Assembly (NCBI GenBank): GCA_963664015.2
Contig: CAXXLF010000002.1
Span: forward strand, 864,001-928,000
Source of the DNA: Candidatus Binatia bacterium
GTDB taxonomy: Bacteria; Desulfobacterota; Binatia; UBA9968; CAXXLF01
Length of the DNA stretch: 64,000 nt
Direction of reading: 5' to 3'
Shown: one piece after another, positions 10,868 to 20,210 of the stretch
How positions within the stretch are numbered: the first letter of the stretch is position 1
How the letters are laid out: each line of letters begins with the position of its first letter
Program-made: the position numbers and the translations under genes
The notes under the pieces: generated by a model
What the model was told of the DNA's origin: nothing
Database searches by the model: none
Seen by the model: only the letters and a program-made list of their open reading frames with translations

Positions 10868-11607
10868 ACGATGAGAAAGCCAAAGATCAATCCAAGTCCA
10901 ACGGCGAGTTTGTAGGGGCCATGGTGCAATTCGGGCATGAGTTCGGCAACGGCTATAAAAATGAATGTCACTGCAGCCAGTCCGATGATGTGAGGCAGCC
11001 AGCCCGGGACACCGACTAATACGACGCCGAGCATTGCCCCTACGGGGGTGAGAATGGCCAGGGCGGCAACGGCGATGACGACCTGCCGCCGTAACCATCC
11101 ACCGGCTAAAAACAGTACAGCAGCCGCGAATCCGTCAGGAAACTGGTGGATCAGCACCGCAGCCCCAGCCGTAAACCCTGTCGCCTGCCCCACCTGAAAG
11201 GCCGCAGGCAGGGTAAGACCGTCCACAACGCGATGCACCGCTAGAGCCGTAAAGGCAACCAGGGGAAGATTGGGTGCCAGTCGCGTGAAATGGGTATCTT
11301 TGTGGTCGTGTCTTTCCTCGCCACCCCCACCATGACCGTGGACATCTACCGCCCATTCGACGCCATAGAGGGCCAGAAACCCCAGTGCCATGGTCAAACC
11401 AACCGACTGGCTGGCCGCCATGGCCTCCGGGACGAGGTCGACAAAGGCCGTAGTCAGAAGAACGCCCGCCGTAACCCCAAGCAGGAAATGAAGACGCCGA
11501 CCCGTGGCCATTTGGCCCGCTAAAGGCAACAGGCCAGCGGTGAGTGTGATGACGGCTGCGATTCCTGATACCCAAATGGGGGTGCTATATGCAGCTGAAT
11601 TAATCAA
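10837..11607 (-). CDS. ZIP family metal transporter
   Basis: Multi-TM; AGVLL..AFVDLVPEA; His-rich loop; HRVVDG and HQFPDG metal-site helices; AELMPE. Confidence 0.85.
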   Translation of the reverse strand: MINSAAYSTPIWVSGIAAVITLTAGLLPLAGQMATGRRLHFLLGVTAGVLLTTAFVDLVPEAMAASQSVGLTMALGFLALYGVEWAVDVHGHGGGGEERHDHKDTHFTRLAPNLPLVAFTALAVHRVVDGLTLPAAFQVGQATGFTAGAAVLIHQFPDGFAAAVLFLAGGWLRRQVVIAVAALAILTPVGAMLGVVLVGVPGWLPHIIGLAAVTFIFIAVAELMPELHHGPYKLAVGLGLIFGFLIVYGMHWFGGV

Positions 11608-11795
11608 GAAGCCTATATAGCAAATCGGCGAGATTCATGACAACAATATTTGTCGCAGTGTCGCGTTTGTACACGTTCGACCACCTTACGCCGCCCTCTG
11701 AATCCACATCTCCATTGTCTCACACCCCGTAGCTGTCTCCCGCCCTGTCCATCGGTTCCGCAACAAGGCCAAACCTGTTATACGTGGCGCACAAG

Positions 11796-12182
11796 ATGGC
11801 GGGACAAGAAGACAAGATTCGGCTGGACAAGTGGCTATGGGCGGCGCGCTTCTTTAAGACGCGATCCTTGGCAACGGAGGCCGTCGCCGGTGGCAAGGTA
11901 CACCTCAACGGCGCTCGCACGAAACCTGCCCGGGAAATACATATCGGGGACCAATTGACCATCCGGCGCGGGCCTTACGAATGGACAGTCGTGGTTCGTG
12001 ACCTTACGTCCCAGCGCGGACCAGCAAGTGAGGCTTTCCACTTGTACGAAGAAACGGAGCTAAGTAAACAAACCCGCGAGGGAGCAACCGCCCAAGTACG
12101 GGCCCAACAGTGGCGGCCCCCCCACTCGGAGGGACGTCCTTCTAAAAAAGACCGCCGTGACCTGAACCGCTTCCGGGGCTAG
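11796..12182 (+). CDS. hslR: Ribosome-associated heat shock protein Hsp15 (S4 domain)
   Basis: RLDKWLWAARFFKTRSLA, GRPSKKDRR. Confidence 0.95.
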   Translation: MAGQEDKIRLDKWLWAARFFKTRSLATEAVAGGKVHLNGARTKPAREIHIGDQLTIRRGPYEWTVVVRDLTSQRGPASEAFHLYEETELSKQTREGATAQVRAQQWRPPHSEGRPSKKDRRDLNRFRG

Positions 12183-12197
12183 AAATAAGTTGGGCGG

Positions 12198-13451
12198 TCA
12201 AATCCCCTCCAGGAGGGCCATTCGGACAAGGGCGATGGCGTTCATGCTCATCCGCGTGCGATCCGGCCGGCCGCGGCCGGCCATGTTAGTGGTTCGGCTC
12301 TTGAAATTCCTGCCATCGGTAATGGAGATAAAAGTCTGACCTCTGGCCATGTTCTCCGATTTGTCCGCTGGATCCGTAACCCCATGGAGTGCAAGTCCTA
12401 GATCACTTTTAGCTTGGGCTCGGACGGACCAGGCGAGTTCGTTGGTCAGGTTGACCGGGTCTTCCAGTAATTCATGGGTCCGGCCCGGCTGGCGCGAAAA
12501 AGCCAGTAACCTCTCAATGGACGGTATGCCAGCCCCAATGGTCCCTTCGACAAAGTGCTCAACGCTGGCCTGCTGAAGACGTTCAGCCACCAGGCCACCG
12601 GTCAGATCCTCGTAAACCGCAATCGTTCTCGTCTTTTCCCGCATCAACTTGGCAACTGCGTCTTCCATCGTTTCATCGTCGATGGCAAAGACGTGTCCCC
12701 CCAGCAAGTTTCGTACCTCCGATTCCACCGGTGATATGAGTTTCATGGCTTCATCAACGTTGGGCGCCTTGGCAGCAATACGAACATCGACCTGCCCCGG
12801 GTGTGCCAGCACCCCCACCGTCGGGTTGCTCGAGTTGGCAATGAGATGACCGATACGGTCATCCACGCTGCTCTCACCCATCTCCCCGACCTTGAGGACC
12901 CTATAGGTGATGACTTCAGACAGGTCAAATTTTTTCCGTAAGTAGGGAATCACCTCATGATCAAAGAGCCACTTGAGCTCGAAAGGGACTCCCGGCAGGG
13001 CATAGACGACGCCCCGCGTATCTTCCACGATGAAAGAGGGGGCCGTACCGTTTGGATTTTCAACCGGGATCGCTCCCTCGGGAAGATAGGCCTGCCTCTC
13101 GTTGTTGGCTGTCATGGTCAGTCCTCGGCCGCGGAAGCGGTGTTCTACTTGTTCCATCAATAGGGAGCTACGCAACAATTTGCGGCCAGAAACCTCGGCG
13201 AGAATCTCCCGTGTCAGATCATCCTGGGTGGGTCCGAGCCCTCCGCTCGTAATCACGATATCCGAACGCTCAAGGGCCCGCGTGATGACCTCTTTCATCC
13301 GACCCGGATTGTCGCCCACCACAGTCTTAAAATACAAGTTGATGCCCAGGGCGCTGAGGCGCTGGGCCATCCAGGCCGAGTTGGTGTCGACGATTTGTCC
13401 CAGCAGGAGCTCGGAACCGATAGCAACGATCTCGGCGTTCACGGATGCCAT
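12198..13451 (-). CDS. cinA: CinA-like protein (COG1058 domain plus a divergent PncC-like domain)
   Basis: AEIVAIGSELLLGQIVDTN, GGLGPTQDDLT, NPNGTAP, LPGVPFE. Confidence 0.9.
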   Translation of the reverse strand: MASVNAEIVAIGSELLLGQIVDTNSAWMAQRLSALGINLYFKTVVGDNPGRMKEVITRALERSDIVITSGGLGPTQDDLTREILAEVSGRKLLRSSLLMEQVEHRFRGRGLTMTANNERQAYLPEGAIPVENPNGTAPSFIVEDTRGVVYALPGVPFELKWLFDHEVIPYLRKKFDLSEVITYRVLKVGEMGESSVDDRIGHLIANSSNPTVGVLAHPGQVDVRIAAKAPNVDEAMKLISPVESEVRNLLGGHVFAIDDETMEDAVAKLMREKTRTIAVYEDLTGGLVAERLQQASVEHFVEGTIGAGIPSIERLLAFSRQPGRTHELLEDPVNLTNELAWSVRAQAKSDLGLALHGVTDPADKSENMARGQTFISITDGRNFKSRTTNMAGRGRPDRTRMSMNAIALVRMALLEGI

Positions 13452-13581
13452 GATTAGTCTCCTCTTGGGATTTCCGGAGCCACAGCGGGATTGGGTTCCT
13501 TACCGGGAATCATCTCAGTCACTCTATTCAATGCCGGCGCCCTGAAGTCAAGCCAGAGGGAATAGAGCGTGGGAATGAGAA

Positions 13582-13800
13582 TCAAAATAAATAGCGTAAA
13601 AAGGCCAATCCACCGAGGACAGCTGACCCTAGACCGCGATAGAGTTCAGAACCGGCACCGCGGGAAACGACCAAAGGTAGCATGGCAAAGACTGTGGTTG
13701 TACTGGTCATAAAAATAGGGCGGATCCGGCTATGGACACATTTTAAAAGCGCCTCCTGAGGCGGCTCGCCGCTACGGATAAAATTGCGCGTTTGATGGAC
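13582..13800 (-). pseudogene. C-terminal remnant of an RND (AcrB-family) efflux permease
   Basis: SRIRPIFMTSTTTVFAMLPL...GAGSELYRGLGSAVLGGL matches RND TM11-12; the rest of the gene is absent. Confidence 0.8.
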
Positions 13801-14603
13801 GGGCACAACGGAAGCCGATATTATGATGCCCCGACCGGTAGTTTCGGGAGAGATCTCGGCCTCGCTGAGTTGTCGTCAACTCCTCCGGCTGTGAATAGTG
13901 GCCGCCCCCCACGAGTGCCGCGAACAGGCCCGGGCTCAGCCGCCTCACGACCATCGAGAGCATCGTACGGGTACGATCGATAGATACTGCTCACCCATTC
14001 CCAGACGTTTCCGCTGAGATCCAAAACACCATCAGGACTGGCCCCTCTGGGAAAACTCCCCACGGGAGCGGTTTCATTCCAACCCGCTTGGAACTGTCCC
14101 CGGCTCAAGTCCGGCGGGCTAGCCCCCCACGGGAACCTGCGCCCATCGGTTCCACTGGCCGCCTTTTCCCATTCGGCCTCGGTGGGCAGGCGCCTTCCCG
14201 CCCAGGCGCAGTACTTTCGCGCACCCGACCAGGAGACTTCAACCACCGGATGATGACCGTAACCCGGGTCTGCCGCCCATTCTCCGTCTGTCCAGTGAAT
14301 GCGCGCGTCATCGTCATCGATGTCATAAAACCTCTCCCCCTCGGATCCGGTTGGTCCCATGGCGTTGAGGAATACAGCAAACTGACGGATGGTCACCGGT
14401 GTGCGATCGATGAAACACGCCGGTAGCTCTACACGATGGCGCGGTCTCTCATCCGCCGGTCCCGAATCGCTCCCCATCGTAAAGGGGCCCGCAGGGATAG
14501 GGATCAGCGGCGTGAGCCCACCCTTTCCATCCTGCCCGTAGCTAACACCCCAGGGCACCAAGCAAAGGAGGAGTACTTGAACTAACACAGTGAATCGACT
14601 CAT
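13772..14603 (-). pseudogene. SUMF1/EgtB/PvdO (FGE-sulfatase) domain protein with signal peptide, frameshifted near the C-terminus
   Basis: IPAGPFTMGS, DERPRH, RLPTEAEWEKAA, LDLSGNVWEW, RGG. The terminal HNIGFRCA is in another frame after a C6 run at 13905-13910. Confidence 0.8.
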
Positions 14604-14756
14604 GGTCTTTATGCATCCGAGATAAGAGGCAGCCATCCTAGCATTTCACAACTCCGCACACCACGCTCTTGAGTACACGTCATTTAATTTTCCATATTGA
14701 CTCGACCCCAATTGGCCTCTATAGTTGTTACAGAATCCGGTCGCCCAACCGTTCTC

Positions 14757-15914
14757 ATGCCCAGTTCAATGCCAGCAGACATTACCTTTCAACGCCGCGG
14801 AACCGTCGAAGGTTTTTTTGGACCTCCTTGGAGTATGTCCCATCGCGCTGACCTGTTCGTCTTCGGCCAAAGACACGGCATGAATACTTACCTCTACGCG
14901 CCAAAGGATGACCCCTACCATCGGGAGCACTGGGAAAAACCCTACCCGGAATCTCAGTGGAAGGAGTTGTTAAATCTTATTACCCTGGCACATCAGCATT
15001 GGATCGACTTCGTTTACGGTTTCCATCCTGGGAAGAATCTGCACTTCACCGCGGACGAACCTATCGACTGGTTGCTGCGTAAAGCCAAACTCCTCTATGA
15101 CGCTGGAGTGCGGACCTTCGCGGTCCTATTTGACGACATTCCCTCCTCCTTGGAATTTTCCGAAGACAAAAAGCAGTATCAGGGAAGTCTCGCTCGAGCC
15201 GAAGGTCAATGGCTCAAGCGCATCCTGGAACAACAGCCAACCAGCTGGAATGGGGTCGAATGGTGGATCTGTCCATCCTATTATACTGAAGACCCACTTC
15301 TCGCCCGCGTCTTCGGCAAATTTGAACCCTCGTTTCTGGAGACCCTGAGCCAGAACTTACCCGCTCCCGTGGCCTGTTTCTGGACCGGTCCGTTGGTTGT
15401 CTCTGAATCCATTAGCCTGACCCATGTGCAAAAGGTCATCAATGCTCTAAACCATCGCCTGATCTTATGGGACAATTACCCGGTCAACGATCTGAGCATG
15501 AGCATGGAGATGCATCTGGACCCAATCACAGGCCGGGACCCGCGGCTACCAGAGCAGGTCTATGGTTATTTGAATAACCCCTTGGTCCAGGCCTCTTTAA
15601 GCTTGATCCCCCTGGCCACGTGCTTCGACTTCGCCGCTAACACCCGAACCTACGACCCGGAGCGTAGCTGGGAGCGCGGCGTGACCGAGTGTTTCGGGAA
15701 AGAGGCCCTTATCCACTGGCAGGTATTGCGCGAATTCTATAATAGGATCAATCCATTAAAAGAAAAAAAACGCCCCATCCGCCTGACCGCTGAGGAGCGC
15801 TCGGCTCTCGAACGGGCCCACGGTTACCTGTTGGAACATGGGAACGAACCCTGGGTTAGAGAGTTTGCTCCCTGGCTTGCGATCTTAAAAGCGAATCTGG
15901 GAGTTGATCAATGA
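14757..15914 (+). CDS. GH84 beta-N-acetylglucosaminidase (O-GlcNAcase-like), no signal peptide
   Basis: RGTVEGFFGPPWS, YLYAPKDDPYHR, catalytic FAVLFDDIP, CPSYY, FWTG, LILWDNYPVND; start codon uncertain (14757 or 14769). Confidence 0.9.
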   Translation: MPSSMPADITFQRRGTVEGFFGPPWSMSHRADLFVFGQRHGMNTYLYAPKDDPYHREHWEKPYPESQWKELLNLITLAHQHWIDFVYGFHPGKNLHFTADEPIDWLLRKAKLLYDAGVRTFAVLFDDIPSSLEFSEDKKQYQGSLARAEGQWLKRILEQQPTSWNGVEWWICPSYYTEDPLLARVFGKFEPSFLETLSQNLPAPVACFWTGPLVVSESISLTHVQKVINALNHRLILWDNYPVNDLSMSMEMHLDPITGRDPRLPEQVYGYLNNPLVQASLSLIPLATCFDFAANTRTYDPERSWERGVTECFGKEALIHWQVLREFYNRINPLKEKKRPIRLTAEERSALERAHGYLLEHGNEPWVREFAPWLAILKANLGVDQ

Positions 15915-16024
15915 CCATAAGTATCTTAAAGTTACAAAATTCAATCTACGAGCAGGATCCGTAATGGGCTCAAACGTCGGCTGAAATTTTTTTACCGACG
16001 CCTCCTTGCCTCAATCAAACCATC

Positions 16025-16981
16025 GTGAAGATCCAACTCGTAACACCCGCACCGGCCGACGCTCGAAACGGCAATCGCATGACGGCTTTGCGATGGGCCA
16101 GAATCTTACAACGGCAACGCCACCATGTCATCATTTCGGGCCGCTATTCGGGCCGACCTTGCGACCTCGTGATCGCCCTCCATGCGCTACGCAGTTACGA
16201 ATCGATCCGCCACTATCGGGATCTGCATCCGACAGCGCCACTGATCGTTGCCCTAACTGGCACGGATCTCTACCGGGATATACGCACCAATTCCCATGCA
16301 AGGGAATCCCTTGAACTGGCCACTCGACTCGTTGTGTTGCAGAAAAAGGCCAAGGATGATCTTCCCCGCCATCTCCATCAAAAGACACGAGTCATCTATC
16401 AGTCAGCGCCACGACTTCAGGGTACACCTCCGGAGAGTGAGCGGATCTTCAAGGTCTGCGTAGTCGGACATATGCGATCCGAGAAAGACCCCATGCGCAC
16501 CGCCATGGCCGCCCGTCTTCTTCCTTCGACCTCCCGAATAGCAGTCCTCCATATCGGCCGCGCCCTGACCGAGGACTTCCATCACCGCGCCGGACGGGAG
16601 GCCAAGCGAAACCCACGATATCGGTGGCTCGGGGACCTGCCCCATTGGAAGACTCGCAGGATATTGGCCGGATGCCATCTCTTGTCCCTGACATCGAGAA
16701 TGGAAGGGAGTTCCAATGTGCTCTCTGAGGCCATCGCCTCATCGGTCCCGGTGGTCGCCTCTAAAATCGCTGGACTCATAGGCACCCTGGGGGATCAGTA
16801 TTCAGGATACTTCCCCGTGGGCGATACTCGAGCGCTGTCTCACTTGCTCAGAAAAGTTGAGAACAACCCCAAGTTTTATCGTGAGCTCAAAAAGCACAGT
16901 AGGCGGCTATTTTCCCTGGTGGACCCCCGGGTTGAATACAAGTCGTGGTCCAAGCTCCTGAAAGAACTCCGCAAGCCATAA
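16025..16981 (+). CDS. senB: SenB-type selenosugar synthase (TIGR04348-family GT-B glycosyltransferase)
   Basis: VTPAP..RNGNRMTALRWARIL, DLVIALHALRS, LIVALTGTDLYRDI, VGHMRSEKDP, SRMEGSSNVLSEA, GYFPVGD. Confidence 0.88.
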   Translation: MKIQLVTPAPADARNGNRMTALRWARILQRQRHHVIISGRYSGRPCDLVIALHALRSYESIRHYRDLHPTAPLIVALTGTDLYRDIRTNSHARESLELATRLVVLQKKAKDDLPRHLHQKTRVIYQSAPRLQGTPPESERIFKVCVVGHMRSEKDPMRTAMAARLLPSTSRIAVLHIGRALTEDFHHRAGREAKRNPRYRWLGDLPHWKTRRILAGCHLLSLTSRMEGSSNVLSEAIASSVPVVASKIAGLIGTLGDQYSGYFPVGDTRALSHLLRKVENNPKFYRELKKHSRRLFSLVDPRVEYKSWSKLLKELRKP

Positions 16982-17370
16982 GGCTCGTGCCACCACTCTT
17001 GGCACTGGGACCCGTTATGGAACAATGATCCGCGACTCTACAGGGGAACCCTCGATAAAATTTGATCTGTCGTTCAACCTGCCAGTTTGACCTATTCAAC
17101 CAATTCCACAGGCTCACGGTCATCGTGAGGTACTTGAACCATGAGGTTCTCGACAGGTTGCCCCCTCGAACCATCCATTCACCCCATTCACGATCCGTCT
17201 CCCAAAGGACTATCTGTCAGTCTCAATTATGAACCACTGTGGCCGTCCTCGGGCTGACAGTTAAAGTTGGGCTCCGCTTTACTCGGTCAGTCCCGAGGCC
17301 ATCAAGGGTCAATTCGGCACACGACGGTACAGGACCGAATTCCGATACCCGCGGGCTCACGGTGTCTGCA

Positions 17371-17386
17371 TAGGCATATATTTTGC
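17371..17386 (+). promoter_or_regulatory. Possible sigma-54 (-24/-12) promoter
   Basis: TAGGCATATATTTTGC has GG-N10-GC spacing, about 125 bp upstream of ATG 17512. Confidence 0.45.
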
Positions 17387-17511
17387 CTCGATATTGACGG
17401 TTAGAACATCGCCAGGTGACCGGTATCGAAAGTGCGTCATCACTTGCTGATATGATGAGACGAATTTTACATTACCTTATTTGAGTTACCCTAGTACCAA
17501 GGAGGCCACCG

Positions 17512-17832
17512 ATGGAAAAACTTATTACGATGGTTTTAGCATTTTCCCTCTTTCTCCTGGGAGGATGCGCTACTTTTCGGAGCCTGCAGGCAGACAGCAG
17601 CATAGCCTGGAAAAAGACCAAGAGTGTGTTCTCAAGAGGTTCCAGCACCGATAACGCAACGGTTCGCGCCGCGCAAGTAAAATTGAAAGCCCGAGGATAT
17701 CACTCGGGCTCGGTGGATGCTGTCATGGGTCCCCAGACCGTACATGCGCTGCGCCGATACCAGGCAGCCAATGGGCTCAGAATCACCGGTGAGGTCGACG
17801 AGGGGACCCTGGTCTCCCTTGGAGTGCAATGA
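17512..17832 (+). CDS. Lipoprotein with a peptidoglycan-binding (PG_binding_1) domain
   Basis: Lipobox LLGGC; VRAAQVKLKARGY..GSVDAVMGPQT..ALRRYQ..NGLRITG; RBS GGAGG. Confidence 0.85.
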   Translation: MEKLITMVLAFSLFLLGGCATFRSLQADSSIAWKKTKSVFSRGSSTDNATVRAAQVKLKARGYHSGSVDAVMGPQTVHALRRYQAANGLRITGEVDEGTLVSLGVQ

Positions 17833-17918
17833 AGCCTACACGGGCTTACGCCCGTGGTAATCTTCCTTTCTTCGGCGGAATCCGCCGAAGCAGCCGATTA
17901 GGCTGCGAAGGCGGATAA
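17829..17918. mobile_element. Palindromic miniature element (REP/PATE-like, IS200/IS605-type hairpin), copy 1
   Basis: ATGAAGCCTACACGGGCTTACGCCCGTGG...CTTCGGCGGAATCCGCCGAAG...CTGCGAAGGCGGATAA; shares these blocks with 51108-51258. Confidence 0.7.
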
Positions 17919-17974
17919 GTCCAGGTAGCCGCCGCCCTCTTTTTAAATCTTTTACACACGGCGTTTCGTGACTT

Positions 17975-19956
17975 TTAATGCACCGTTTTGCTTCTGGTGA
18001 GTTGCAAGTTCCTGTTGGAATCCACCTTTGCCGCCATCCCGGTGGCACGACAACGGTAGAGCTAAACTCGTAGATCACCGCAGGCCCATCAACCCTACTC
18101 CCCGTATTCAGTCTCTCGCGCTGGTAAACGGAACAACGGCGCATGGGTCCGGAGAAAAACACACTCTTGTTACCCAAGAACCCGGGTTGTTTCCTGTCCC
18201 TCCCCCAACACCCCTGCCCGCCTTTATCGATTTACCCTTACCTTCGATACGTACCATCAAGGTGACTAGCTCTATATCCTTCCGAGGGTCACTGTGACCA
18301 AAGCGAGACTCGTGCAGCTGATGGAACCGGCCGACAAAACCCTTTTTCCACGGGATCGTCAACTTGTAGGCCTGTCCCACGTAACGGACATCCACCCAGA
18401 AGCGAATCTTTACCTTGCTTCTTTCCAGGCCATCCCGTTGCATCTCTTTTAACCCCAACTCTTTCAAGACCAACAGCCTTCCATTAATCTTTCTGTATTC
18501 GGGCCGCGACTCAAGGATTGACAAGGAAAAATCCCTGACCAATGGGGTGACGGCCATTCCCCAAGCGGAAAAGAGACCGGGCCAAAGAGGGATGAGCAGA
18601 CGAAATATACCAAGACCCTCCGCAAGCTCCGCCGCGTGAAGGCCACCGGCACCACCAAAGGCAAACAGGGTAAAATTTCTGGGATCCAGACCCCGTTCGA
18701 GAGTCACAGCCCGGATTGCACGGTCCATATTACTGTTTACCACCTGTAGAATGCCCCAGGCGATCATCTCAGAATCCAATCCAACTTGTCGCGCTAACTC
18801 TCTCATACTACTTCGAGTTCGACGGAGTTCAAGTGCGATCCGACCGCCCAGAAAACGCTCAGGATCCAAACGCCCGAGAACAAGGTTGGCATCGGTAACT
18901 GTTATATCGCGCCCCTTGCCATAACAGACGGGGCCCGGTTCCGCACCCGCGCTCTCGGGTCCCACTTTCAATGCACCGCCCGCGTCCAACCTAGCAACGG
19001 ACCCCCCTCCGGCACCGACAGTGTGAATATCCACCATGGGGACCTTCACGGGAACACCTGCCACCACCTTCTCAGCGGTCAGGGGAATTTCTCTCTCCAC
19101 AGGACACACATCGGTCGATGTCCCGCCCATATCGAGACTAATGATCTTTCCAATCCCGGCCTGCCGGGCTAACTGATGGGCGGCAACGACCCCGAGAGTA
19201 GCGTCCTTACGGATTGCTCACGGGCCATACGTGCAGTCATGGCTCCCCCCATTGGACTGCATGACCCGGAATTCCCCCGTGAACTTTTTACTCCCCCGTT
19301 TGAATACCCGATCTAAGTCCAGGATATGGCGGAAAATGGCAGGCGTCACCTAGGCGTTGAGTACCGTCGTGGAAAACCGTTCGTACTCTCGATACTCGGG
19401 AACAATCCTATGAGATAAAGATACAGGGAGCCCCAGGGCCCCAAGTTCTCGAGCCACCCTCTTCTCGTGGGTCGGATTTCGATAGGAGTGAAGGAAACCC
19501 ACTGCCACCGATTCCACGCCCATATCCCGAATCCGTATTTTGACTTGCTTCAGTTCCCTGAGGGAGAGTGAAATAAGGACGCGACCATCGGCCAGAATTC
19601 GTTCCTTCACGCCAAAACGTAGGGAACGGGACACCAAGGGCACAAGTGGCCTTGGTTCAAGTGCGTAAAGATCAGAGCGAGCCTGGCGGCCGATCTCGAT
19701 CAAGTCTTCAAACCCTCGGGTCGTCAGCCACGCCACCCTTCGCCCCATTTCGTTCCAACAAGGCGTTGGTCGCCACCGTGGCTCCATAGGTAACCCGTAT
19801 CATTCCTGCCTGATCGATGAGTTCTTTCATGCCTGTCAATACGGCACGGGCGGGGTTGCCGGGGGTCGACGGCACCTTGTGGACAGCAATCCCCTTCGTA
19901 CCGAGCAGGACAAAATCAGTAAATGTTCCTCCAGTATCAATCCCTAAAAGAACCAT
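17975..19956 (-). pseudogene. Hydantoinase/5-oxoprolinase A-subunit family, multiply disrupted
   Basis: GIDTGGTFTD, KVPSTP, REYERFSTTVLNA*(TAG 19350-19352), DMGGTSTDV, IHTVGAGGGS, GPESAGAEPGPVCYG, FGGAGGLHA across at least four frames. Confidence 0.9.
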
Positions 19957-20210
19957 TGACTCGACATGCTTCTTATGTTTCACGATTGCACTATTCTAAC
20001 TTTTCTAACCCGGTTGACGAGTTGAGGAGCACGCCGAACCGGTTTCGACAGACGCGTGCGCCGGCAAGAGCGAGTCAATCGGGTCAACCGGGCAATGACC
20101 GGGCCCACGATTCAATTTTGTGGAAGATAGATTCGACTTCCAGGCCAAGAGCCTGGACACAGGACAATGGATTTGGAGAGGGCGAATTTTATTATTAATA
20201 ATTAGGTTGT

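Noticed and set aside
13772-14603. Calling the FGE-domain gene senA/egtB
   Set aside because: It has no DinB-like domain or HxxxH iron motif, has a signal peptide, and is too short.
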